Positions 47,581 to 55,920 are shown, counted from the stretch's first letter. The stretch is 60,128 bases of DNA from Minisyncoccota bacterium (GCA_020059915.1 JAGVBB010000002.1:1-60128), one strand, 5' to 3'. The notes: generated by a model from the sequence alone, not told the origin. Numbers and translations are program-made.

Positions 47581-47668
47581 AACTTCCTCCGTTTTATTAT
47601 TAATTTTCTCGTTATACTCTACCCCATATTCAAACACACCACAAGAAAATATATAGTAAAATATCTCA

Positions 47669-48313
47669 GTGGTAGCAAATAAAATAATCTGGACAGAAAA
47701 CATTGCATATGCCGTTGGAGTAATAGCCTCTGATGGTAATTTAAATAAACTAAGAAAAAGAATACAGCTAAAATGCGCGGATTTTGAGCTTGTTAATAAT
47801 TTGAAAAAATCTTTAAATCTAAAGGAAAATATAAAAACAACAAAAGCAAAAAGTGGACGAATACATTACTATATAATGTTTACACAATCAGATTTTTACG
47901 ATTTTTTAATCTCTATAGGAGTTGAACCAAAAAAATCTCACTCAATAAAACATGTTTTAGTTCCAAAAAGATTTTTCAATGACTTTCTTCGTGGTTTATT
48001 TGATGGCGATGGAACATTTTATACATTTTGGGATACAAGATGGAGAAATAGCTTTGGGTATCAGATTTCATTTTCCTCTGCTAGTAAGGCATTTATTTCG
48101 TGGTTAAAAAAAGAAAACACAAAAAATTTTTCTGTTAAAGGATTTATTAGGAAAGGTAAAAATGTATATAATTTGCGGTATGTAAAGGGAGACACTAGAA
48201 ATTTATTTAAAATGATGTACTATAATAGCCATAGTCTTTCTCTTACTCGAAAAAAGATGAAAATGGTTGAAGCGTTTAAAAAAGAGAGAGATATAAAGAA
48301 AAAGCCACGGTAG
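47669..48313 (+). CDS. Two-motif LAGLIDADG homing endonuclease (start uncertain)
   Basis: AYAVGVIASDG and FLRGLFDGDG. Confidence 0.9.
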   Translation: MVANKIIWTENIAYAVGVIASDGNLNKLRKRIQLKCADFELVNNLKKSLNLKENIKTTKAKSGRIHYYIMFTQSDFYDFLISIGVEPKKSHSIKHVLVPKRFFNDFLRGLFDGDGTFYTFWDTRWRNSFGYQISFSSASKAFISWLKKENTKNFSVKGFIRKGKNVYNLRYVKGDTRNLFKMMYYNSHSLSLTRKKMKMVEAFKKERDIKKKPR

Positions 48314-48378
48314 CTCAGTGGTGGAGCGCTGCCCTGAAGAGGCAGGCGTCGGGGGTTCGATTCCCTCCCGTGGCACCA
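48304..48378 (+). tRNA. tRNA-Phe(GAA), CCA encoded
   Basis: GCCACGG/CCGTGGC acceptor; CTGCC-CTGAAGA-GGCAG anticodon arm. Confidence 0.95.
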
Positions 48379-48467
48379 ACACAAATATACAACAGCCTTT
48401 TAATACTAGGGATAAGGCACTAAAAGGCGCTCTGTTTATTTCTTAAAATAATTATCAATAATACAAT

Positions 48468-49211
48468 ATGTTTATACAGATTCTTATTGCAAGTTTTGTT
48501 GGAAGTATTCTCTCTCTTATCGGGGGAATTCTTTTGTTAACAAAAGAACATATTGCAAAAAAAATATCCCTTTATCTCGTTAGCCTTGCTGCAGGAAGTC
48601 TGATTGGTGCAGCCTTTTTGGATCTTATTCCAGAATCTTTGGAGGCGGGAGGAGATGCACATACTATATTTATTTTTGTAATCGCGGGAATTGTTGTGAT
48701 GTTCTTGTTCGAAAAATTTTTAAAGTTATATCACTGTCACAACAAAGAATCATGTAATTATCACACATTCTCAAGTTCCATCCTTGTAGCAGATACAATT
48801 CATAACTTTATAGATGGGGTAGTAATTGCACTCAGTTTTAGTCTTGGTACAGAAATTGGAATCACTACTACAATAGCAATATTTTTTCATGAAATACCAC
48901 AAGAAATTGGTGACTTTGGAGCACTCATACACGCGGGATGGAAACGATCAAAAATAATTTTCTTTAATGTGTTCACTGCGCTTGCAACGTTTGTTGGTGC
49001 AATTCTTGGATATTTTATGCTCCCAGTTCTTACATCAATCCTTCCTTTTATTATTGCATTTGCTGCGGGCACATTCTTATATATCGCAATTTCTGATCTC
49101 ATGCCTGAGGTAAAACATGCAGCAAAACCAAAAGAATTTATGCATATTGCGGTAATAGGGTTGGGAATATTTATTATTTATTTATCGGGAATGGTCTTTG
49201 GATCTCATTAA
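48468..49211 (+). CDS. ZIP-family metal transporter
   Basis: LAAGSLIG, DTIHNFIDG, HEIPQEIGDF. Confidence 0.95.
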   Translation: MFIQILIASFVGSILSLIGGILLLTKEHIAKKISLYLVSLAAGSLIGAAFLDLIPESLEAGGDAHTIFIFVIAGIVVMFLFEKFLKLYHCHNKESCNYHTFSSSILVADTIHNFIDGVVIALSFSLGTEIGITTTIAIFFHEIPQEIGDFGALIHAGWKRSKIIFFNVFTALATFVGAILGYFMLPVLTSILPFIIAFAAGTFLYIAISDLMPEVKHAAKPKEFMHIAVIGLGIFIIYLSGMVFGSH

Positions 49212-49253
49212 AAAGTTCAGATGAAAAAACATTCCGCGATGCGGAATGTTTTT

Positions 49254-49531
49254 TTTGTCGGCACTTCGCACTGCTGTATTCAGCACCTCCTTCGCCTTCG
49301 CTTTTTGTCGGCACTTCGCACTGCTGTATTCAGCACCTCCTTCGCCTTCGCTCAGTCGGGATGCCGGGAATCGCCTCTCGCTCTACTGAGCTCGAAACCT
49401 ACGACCTCTCTTCGAGGTCTGCGGCCCGCGGTTCGATTCCATTTCAAAAAATAAAAAACGGGGCAAGAAGCTCCGTTTTTTATTTGTCGGTACTTCGCAC
49501 TGCTGTGCTCAGCACCTCCTTCGCCTTTGCT
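49254..49531. repeat. Three 49-bp direct repeats, a 22-bp tRNA-Pro 3'-end copy and the 74-nt element (copy B)
   Basis: Copies at 49254, 49304, 49483; 49352-49373 equals 49531-49552. Confidence 0.9.
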
Positions 49532-49534
49532 CAG

Positions 49535-49605
49535 TCGGGATGCCGGGAATCGAACCCGGCCTACCTGCTCCCAAAGCAGGCGTACTACCGATATACTACA
49601 TCCCG
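49535..49605 (-). tRNA. tRNA-Pro(TGG)
   Basis: CGGGATG/CATCCCG; CCTGC-TTTGGGA-GCAGG. Confidence 0.95.
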
Positions 49606-49668
49606 CCCCACTGCACTTCAATTTATACTATTTCTGTTGTAGAATCAAACCGTATTAAAAATTTAATC

Positions 49669-49740
49669 GCCCCCGTAGTTCAACGGATAGAATAGCTCCC
49701 TTCTAAGGAGTAGATTGAGGTTCGATTCCTCGCGGGGGTA
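49669..49740 (+). tRNA. tRNA-Arg(TCT)
   Basis: GCCCCCG/CGGGGGT; GCTCC-CTTCTAA-GGAGT; GGTTCGATTCC. Confidence 0.92.
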
Positions 49741-49789
49741 CTAAATATAAAACACTGTCCTTCGACGGTGTTTTATATTTTTTATTTTT

Positions 49790-49906
49790 GAGGAATTGAA
49801 CCTTTTGCCCCCGTGGAGGAAAGTATTGAAAACCGAGAGGTTTTCAAAGTTAGGGGGTCGGGGGCAAAAATTGTGTTTATGTGAGATTTCCTCGCGGGGG
49901 TACTAA
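49790..49906 (+). repeat. tRNA-Arg antisense-T-arm / spacer / 3'-end duplication unit
   Basis: gaggaattgaacc at 49790; 19-bp copy at 49888-49906 equals 49726-49744. Confidence 0.85.
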
Positions 49907-49991
49907 GAATATGAATACTCGGTAAATTGACATAATCGCCTTTTTTTGTTTTACTTTTTTAGTTCATTATCATAATAATAGCGAGGAAACT

Positions 49992-50396
49992 ATGGCCCCA
50001 AAGAGTGAAAAATTAACCAAGAAGTGCGCTGAAAAAATAAAAGAAAAAATCCTTGAGGAACTCGAAAATCAAAAAACGATGCTGGATGGGTTCCTAGAAC
50101 AACTACAAACAAACGACAGCACTATTTATATTGGAAATCCAAATGCAAATAATGAGGAAGTTCTTTCCAATCTCCAGGCGCAAATAGCACGCAAAAATCT
50201 TGAAGTTGAGAAATTACACAAACGTCTCGTGGTAGTAGAACATACCATACAATTCAGAAAGGAACATCCAAAAATGGAAATTCCTGAAAATCCCGATATG
50301 TATACGGGAAAATGTATAAAGTGTCATTCTCTTATTCCTCAAGCACAGCGAATTGCTCGTTGTGCCCCCATAACATGTGTTTCGTGCTCACATTAA
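49992..50396 (+). CDS. Divergent DksA/TraR-like C4 zinc-finger protein
   Basis: N-terminal coiled coil; YTGKCIKCHSLIPQAQRIARCAPITCVSC; GAGG SD. Confidence 0.65.
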   Translation: MAPKSEKLTKKCAEKIKEKILEELENQKTMLDGFLEQLQTNDSTIYIGNPNANNEEVLSNLQAQIARKNLEVEKLHKRLVVVEHTIQFRKEHPKMEIPENPDMYTGKCIKCHSLIPQAQRIARCAPITCVSCSH

Positions 50397-50418
50397 AAAC
50401 CCCCTTTCGGGGGTTTTA

Positions 50419-51045
50419 TTATTGAATTGATAAATCAAACTCCGTTATCTTTGATTGAAATTCATCATTCAACTCATTAATTCTCTTTACGTTCGCGTTT
50501 GCACGAGCAACTGCTGCTTCAATTAATTTTTGATCCTGCTTTCCCATCTCAATACCACGCGCGATTGATACAATCGCTTCGTTAAGATTCTTGGTATACA
50601 CAATATACTCAGAAACAAGTGAAATTTCTGCGGTCATTGCCCCATAGGCATACCGTTGTGATTTTCCACCAGGCATTCCGTTTATATATCCAATAAGTAC
50701 CTGAAGATGCCGAGAAAGCTCTGCTGCATTTCTTGCCGCTTCATTGTTTGCAATTTGAGCTTCATTAAGTAATAACTCTGCACGTGCGTTGTCTTTTGCA
50801 TATTCCGCTTCATTTGCCTGTTTCATCTTTTCACGGGCAATGTGTGAGAGTTCTGCAACCTGACGACTGGTGATTCCCGCATTATATCGTGCAACACGAA
50901 ATTCATCAGACACAACAACTTTTTTTTCTTCATTGAAAGACGCAGAAAGAGCAATTCCTGCAACAACAAGAACCACTGCAGATATTGCAACTACAACAAC
51001 CATACCTCTTTTATTCCTTATCCAATTAAATCTATGCACCACCAT
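50419..51045 (-). CDS. Membrane-anchored helical hypothetical protein
   Basis: N-terminal TM, coiled-coil-like body. Confidence 0.75.
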   Translation of the reverse strand: MVVHRFNWIRNKRGMVVVVAISAVVLVVAGIALSASFNEEKKVVVSDEFRVARYNAGITSRQVAELSHIAREKMKQANEAEYAKDNARAELLLNEAQIANNEAARNAAELSRHLQVLIGYINGMPGGKSQRYAYGAMTAEISLVSEYIVYTKNLNEAIVSIARGIEMGKQDQKLIEAAVARANANVKRINELNDEFQSKITEFDLSIQ

Positions 51046-51137
51046 ATCATAGTGGAATACTTTAAATTATTCAATAAATATATCCCAAAAAGGGTTTGCA
51101 AATTATTACTATGTTTTGTATTATAATCCTTGATGTC

Positions 51138-51208
51138 GCGGGTATCGTATAGCGGCATTACACCACCCTTCCAAGGTGGATACACGGGTTCGAGTCCCGT
51201 TACCCGCT
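51138..51208 (+). tRNA. tRNA-Gly(TCC)
   Basis: GCGGGTA/TACCCGC; CCACC-CTTCCAA-GGTGG. Confidence 0.95.
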
Positions 51209-51248
51209 CAGTAAGGCTCCGCTTGCGGAGTTTTTTAGTTGGTGGGTA

Positions 51249-51320
51249 AATCAAAAACAACTACTTGTTTTTGATTAGGGACTCGAGGGGCGGACCTACC
51301 TACCGGCAGGCAGGGCGATG
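51249..51320 (+). repeat. Partial tRNA-associated unit homologous to the His distal unit, with a palindrome insert
   Basis: aatcaaaaacaa/ttgtttttgatt hairpin, agggactcga, gggcgga, insert at 51295-51314. Confidence 0.75.
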
Positions 51321-51415
51321 TTTATACTCTTCCTGTAACAACCTATATAAAAGCATTTGTAAATAATCAGTTTTCTATGTTATTCTTGACAAAAAGGGCG
51401 TTACAGGGGTGTTAC

Positions 51416-51441
51416 GAAACATAATCCAAACATATTCGTTA
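51416..51441 (+). promoter_or_regulatory. Candidate autoregulatory ECF promoter
   Basis: GAAAC-N16-CGTTA, 5 nt before the ATG. Confidence 0.55.
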
Positions 51442-51446
51442 TATAT

Positions 51447-51995
51447 ATGAAGAGCGAAGAAGAAATACTGATAAAAAGGGCAAAAAGTGGAGATCACGCT
51501 GCTTTTCAAGCACTTTATGACCAATATGTAGTTCAGATTTATCGTTTTGTCTTTTTAAAGGTTGGGCAAAAACAAGACGCAGAAGATCTAACGCAACATG
51601 TGTTTGTAAATGCCTGGGAAAACATTCCATCATATGAACATCGTGGGTTTCCCTTTTCGAGCTGGTTGTACAGAATCGCATCGAACGCAACAGTAGATCA
51701 TTTCAGAACAGGTGGTAGAACGGTTGATATAGAGAACATTCCAGAGGAATATCTCGGCGGTGATGAAAATCAAGAAGATGCGGTGGATACTGCAATCGAG
51801 GTGGAAACCATAAAAGCAGTTCTCACAAAATTAGAACCGGATCAACAGAGTGTGCTGATCATGAAATTCATAGAAGATAAAACAAATAAAGAAATTGCAG
51901 AATCATTACAGAAATCAGAAGGTGCAATTCGAGTAATTCAACATCGAGCACTCAAACAATTAAAGACACTAATACATGCACGAAGAAATAATTAA
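51447..51995 (+). CDS. ECF sigma-70 factor
   Basis: GDHAAFQALYDQY, DAEDLTQ, FSSWLYRIASN, KEIAESL..SEGAIRVIQHRALKQL. Confidence 0.96.
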   Translation: MKSEEEILIKRAKSGDHAAFQALYDQYVVQIYRFVFLKVGQKQDAEDLTQHVFVNAWENIPSYEHRGFPFSSWLYRIASNATVDHFRTGGRTVDIENIPEEYLGGDENQEDAVDTAIEVETIKAVLTKLEPDQQSVLIMKFIEDKTNKEIAESLQKSEGAIRVIQHRALKQLKTLIHARRNN

Positions 51996-52431
51996 ACAAT
52001 TAAAGACACTTAAGAATATTTCTCCAGATTCTGGGTTTGTTTCTCATACAAGAAATCTTTTTGTCCCCATACCAACCCCGCAAAGGGTTGTTTCGGCATT
52101 TACTTGGCAATATGTTGGGGTCTTTGCAGTAGTAGTCATTTTTGTGTTCTCTATCCCCTTCCTTTTCTTTGTGCCAGAACCAACACTCGCATCACTTGAT
52201 GCGGTTTCAATAACAAATGAGGTTCGGGAACTGCCTATTAATATACAATTACAAGAGATAAAATATAGTGAAGATGTACAAAATACTATAACCAATGCTA
52301 TTTCTGAAGCATCAAACACTGATGTAAATCATCTGAATTATATGTTGTTAAAAGACGAAGAAGCATCAATACAAAAAACTAAAGAGATCAATACATCTGT
52401 CGATGATCTCATAAATAAAGCAATTCAATAA
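51976..52431 (+). CDS. Single-TM protein, putative anti-sigma factor
   Basis: Overlaps the sigma stop; short cytoplasmic N-terminus then TM. Confidence 0.6.
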   Translation: MHEEIIKQLKTLKNISPDSGFVSHTRNLFVPIPTPQRVVSAFTWQYVGVFAVVVIFVFSIPFLFFVPEPTLASLDAVSITNEVRELPINIQLQEIKYSEDVQNTITNAISEASNTDVNHLNYMLLKDEEASIQKTKEINTSVDDLINKAIQ

Positions 52432-52432
52432 C

Positions 52433-53302
52433 ATGAAAATAACCCAATATATAAAAGTTATGCTTTGTGCAGCGATTGTGACCCTTCCATTACTGGGACC
52501 CTCACACATATTTGCCGCAGAAGGCACAACTCAAAATGCAGTCGACTCGGTCAAAGAAGCAATCAGCAATCTTGTTTCAGCTAAAGATGAGAAAAAATCA
52601 ACTGAAGCACCACTCCGCATTGATACGCTCAAAAAAGCCGTTTCCCTTGCCACTGATGAGGCAAAAGATCTTAGGTTAAAACTTCTTGCTTTGGACGATT
52701 TGTCTGGAGATTATAAATTATGGAAAGAAGCAAAAGCGTCATCTTCCAAAAAGATGGTTGATGCTCTCGAAGGTTTTGAAAAAGAGATACTTATCATTGA
52801 AAAAAGTGATTTAGATATAGATGAGCAGGTTAAGGTATTGGGAAAAAAGATAAAAGAGTGGAGAGAATATGTATACCTTCCATTTGCAACAGAGGTACAG
52901 GATTATTTCTTTGTTATTGAAGAAGATAAAACAATTGAAACAACAAAAAGCAGATATGAGAAAATTCGTCTAGATATTGTGAAACTTGAAAAAAATAAAA
53001 AGAAAGTTAATGACCTCAAGAATCTTCTCGCAAAAGCGAATGAATCAATAGATGAATCAGTACTACTTAATAAACAAGCAAAAGAGTTGTTTGAATATGC
53101 TTATTTCCCCAAAAAGGATGTTGAAATATTAAGCATAGAAACATCCTCAACAACGCAGGCGACCATACAGGAACATGTAGAAGAAAATGTCGCCCCACCA
53201 AAATCAATACGAGATCTCGTGAAAGATTCCTCAAATAAAGTGAGGGACTCGTATAAGATCTTTATTGAAATGAGTGGTCTTGTGAGGAGACTACCCAAAT
53301 AA
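52433..53302 (+). CDS. Secreted helical hypothetical protein
   Basis: Signal peptide; K/E-rich. Confidence 0.8.
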   Translation: MKITQYIKVMLCAAIVTLPLLGPSHIFAAEGTTQNAVDSVKEAISNLVSAKDEKKSTEAPLRIDTLKKAVSLATDEAKDLRLKLLALDDLSGDYKLWKEAKASSSKKMVDALEGFEKEILIIEKSDLDIDEQVKVLGKKIKEWREYVYLPFATEVQDYFFVIEEDKTIETTKSRYEKIRLDIVKLEKNKKKVNDLKNLLAKANESIDESVLLNKQAKELFEYAYFPKKDVEILSIETSSTTQATIQEHVEENVAPPKSIRDLVKDSSNKVRDSYKIFIEMSGLVRRLPK

Positions 53303-53303
53303 T

Positions 53304-53334
53304 AAATAAACCGCCTAACAGGCGGTTTATTTAT
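53304..53334. terminator. Bidirectional terminator
   Basis: aataaataaaccgcc-taaca-ggcggtttatttatt. Confidence 0.75.
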
Positions 53335-53791
53335 TATATTTATTTTGCTTTTGATTAATAGTAATTGCCCTATATAACTGCTCTACAAGTATTACCCGTG
53401 CAAGCTCATGGGGGAATGTAAGAAGAGATAATGAGTGTGTTGTGTAGCTATCTTTAAATGATTCAGTGAAACCAAACGAGCCACCAATAACAAAGATTAT
53501 TTCATTTTTTTTACCAACTATGAACTTCGCTAGATCAGAAGAACTGTATTGTTTCCCATCCTCTGAAAGAAGTACAACGTCACCCTTTTTCTTTTCTAAT
53601 ACCCTCTTAATTCTTTCCTCTTCTTCTCTTTGCACCCTCTGTATATCACCATCAGAAAATGAAGGAGACGATTCTACCTCAATTATTTCAATTTTGGCGA
53701 ATGTATTGATTCTTTTTATATAATCCGCACAAACAATACTGAACTGCTTATCTTTTAACTTTCCAACCGCAATAATTGTTATATGAAACAT
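53327..53791 (-). CDS. rlmH: 23S rRNA pseudouridine1915 N3-methyltransferase
   Basis: IIAVGKLK, GKQYSS, FVIGGSFG, TFPHELARVILVEQLYRA. Confidence 0.95.
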   Translation of the reverse strand: MFHITIIAVGKLKDKQFSIVCADYIKRINTFAKIEIIEVESSPSFSDGDIQRVQREEEERIKRVLEKKKGDVVLLSEDGKQYSSSDLAKFIVGKKNEIIFVIGGSFGFTESFKDSYTTHSLSLLTFPHELARVILVEQLYRAITINQKQNKYNK

Positions 53792-53886
53792 TAATCTAGA
53801 TAATAGCACTCCGCACCTCTTATAAAAAGGTGCGGAGTTTTTTGTTCTTTCTTATATAAAAGCTTCAGAGATCTCTTAAGCTTGGT

Positions 53887-54162
53887 TTAGAGAACTGCTT
53901 CTTTGAGAAGCTTCCCAGCGCGGAATTTTGGCTTTGTTGATGCTTTAATTTGAATCTTCTCGCCTGTTTTTGGATTAACGCCCATACGAGCTGCACGCTT
54001 TACAACGCGGAAGGTGCCAAATCCGGTAATAGCGACTTCTTCGCCGCGAGCCATTGTTTTTACAATAGCATCAAAGACCGCCTCTACAGCAAGCGTCGCC
54101 TGCTTCTTGGTCTCAATGCCTGCCCCCTTCATTACTGCCTCCACGAGTCCATCTTTTTTCAT
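53887..54162 (-). CDS. hup: HU DNA-binding protein
   Basis: GFGTFRVVKRAARMGVNPKTGEKIQI..PKFRAG. Confidence 0.95.
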   Translation of the reverse strand: MKKDGLVEAVMKGAGIETKKQATLAVEAVFDAIVKTMARGEEVAITGFGTFRVVKRAARMGVNPKTGEKIQIKASTKPKFRAGKLLKEAVL

Positions 54163-54253
54163 ATGTAAGTGGATTGAAAAATAGTGTGGTTTGCGACCTT
54201 TTCTCAATTATATCAAATATACCTCAGAAAACCTATATTTTTTCAATATTTTG

Positions 54254-55777
54254 CTATCTAGCAATTTCTACCGCCTTTACCTCTCTTATAACCGTAACTT
54301 TTATCTCTCCAGGAAATTGTACGTCTGATTTTAATTTTCCAGCGATTTGTTTAGCTAGTTGTAATGCCTTAAAATCATCTACTTTTTCTGGAGTAACAAA
54401 TACACGCACCTCCCTTCCTGCAGAAATCGCATATGATTGTCTTACTCCTTCAAAACCATTAACTACTGTTTCAATCTCTTCCAGTCGACGTAGGTATTTT
54501 TCTAATGTCTCACGGCGCGCACCCGGACGCGCTGCGGAAATTGCATCAGCAGCTGCGACAATATATGATTCCGGCGAAGAAAATGGATATTCTTCATGAT
54601 GCGCTTCCATTGCGCGTATAACCGCCTCTTCAATACCATACTTCTTTAATAATTTCCTTCCGATTTCAACGTGTGTCCCCTCAACCTCATGATCAATCGC
54701 CTTTCCAATGTCATGAAGTAGTGCTGCCTTTTTAACAACCTGAACATTTAAATGAAGTTCTGTGGCAATCATTGCTGCAATGTGGGTCATTTCAATAGAA
54801 TGTTGTAATACATTCTGTCCATAACTAGTTCGATAGTTAAGTCTTCCAAGAACTGGAATTATCTCCTTAGGAAGATCAAGAATCCCAACCTCATATGCCG
54901 CATCCTCTCCGGCTTTTCGAACACACTCATCAAGTTCTCGTTTTGCCTCCTCTATTTTTTCTTCAATTTTTGCTGGTTGAATACGTCCATCTTTAATTAA
55001 TTTTTCAAGTGCAAGCCGAGCATGTTCTCTGCGAAGCGGATCAAAAGAAGAAATAACAATACTCTCTGGAGATTCATCAACAATTACCTCAACGCCAGTA
55101 AGGCGCTCAAATGCTCGAATATTTCTTCCCTCTCTTCCAATAATCTTCCCCTTAATTTCCTCGTTTTGTATTGGTACAACACTGGTTGTTACATCATTAA
55201 TACACTCCCGAGCATATCTTTGTATTGCTGAGGTAATTATTTCTGTACTCTTCTTCTCTATTTCATCCCTCCGATCTCTTTCAAGACGAGTTATTACTCC
55301 GGAAATTTCCTGTTCATACTCCTCTTCAGATTTTTTTATTACCTGATTTTTTGCCTCCTCTCGTGTGAGTCCAGCAACCTTCTCGAGCTCTTTGTTCATT
55401 TTTTCATGAGCTCCTTGAACCTCTGTCTGTAGAGTTTTTACTTTATCTTTCTCTTCTTGAATTTTCTTTGTTTCTCGATCTATTGAAACACGCTCAGCCT
55501 GAAGTGCGTCATCCTTCTTTTCCAAACGCTCCTCAATTCTTCGAAGTTCACTCTTCTGCTCTTTTTCTTCTTTTTGTGCATTCTCAATTATTGAAGCTGC
55601 CTTTGCTTTTGCCTCAACAACAATCTCCTTTGCTTTTGTCTCTGCGGCTTCGACTTCCGCTTTTAGTGCGGCGTCATTAACCTCTTTTGTCTTTTTTCCA
55701 AACCAAAGACTGATTATATATCCCCCTACGAATGCGATGATCGCTATTCCTCCCGCAAGAAATGGTGTTATGTTCAT
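54254..55777 (-). CDS. rny: Ribonuclease Y
   Basis: N-terminal TM, coiled coil, KH domain KGKIIGREGRN, HDIGK; ATG at 55777. Confidence 0.97.
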   Translation of the reverse strand: MNITPFLAGGIAIIAFVGGYIISLWFGKKTKEVNDAALKAEVEAAETKAKEIVVEAKAKAASIIENAQKEEKEQKSELRRIEERLEKKDDALQAERVSIDRETKKIQEEKDKVKTLQTEVQGAHEKMNKELEKVAGLTREEAKNQVIKKSEEEYEQEISGVITRLERDRRDEIEKKSTEIITSAIQRYARECINDVTTSVVPIQNEEIKGKIIGREGRNIRAFERLTGVEVIVDESPESIVISSFDPLRREHARLALEKLIKDGRIQPAKIEEKIEEAKRELDECVRKAGEDAAYEVGILDLPKEIIPVLGRLNYRTSYGQNVLQHSIEMTHIAAMIATELHLNVQVVKKAALLHDIGKAIDHEVEGTHVEIGRKLLKKYGIEEAVIRAMEAHHEEYPFSSPESYIVAAADAISAARPGARRETLEKYLRRLEEIETVVNGFEGVRQSYAISAGREVRVFVTPEKVDDFKALQLAKQIAGKLKSDVQFPGEIKVTVIREVKAVEIAR

Positions 55778-55800
55778 ACATTGTTGTTCTATGCTTTGAT

Positions 55801-55920
55801 GTTTCGCGAAGACCAGAAATAGACACACTCCCACGAATGAGTGCGTGTTTTATATATGCCATTATTGATAGAGCATTATTATTCATTTTTGGTTCCAGTA
55901 TCCCAACTAAATTGCGAAAC
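55801..55920 (-). ncRNA. Candidate structured RNA upstream of rny (possibly 6S-like)
   Basis: Terminal stem gtttcgc/gcgaaac, inner pairing, hairpin; found by eye only. Confidence 0.3.

Noticed and set aside
49254-49531. Triple repeat as a CRISPR array
   Set aside because: The repeats are 49 bp, two are in tandem with no spacer, and there is no cas1.
49221-49642. ORFs across the tRNA-Pro repeat region (also 44342-44653, 51018-51260, 55677-55922)
   Set aside because: They are products of repeats, tRNAs or intergenic sequence, with no coding signals.
50419-51045. KRG|MVVVV as a prepilin cleavage site
   Set aside because: There is no Glu at +5 and no pil context; treated as a simple anchor.
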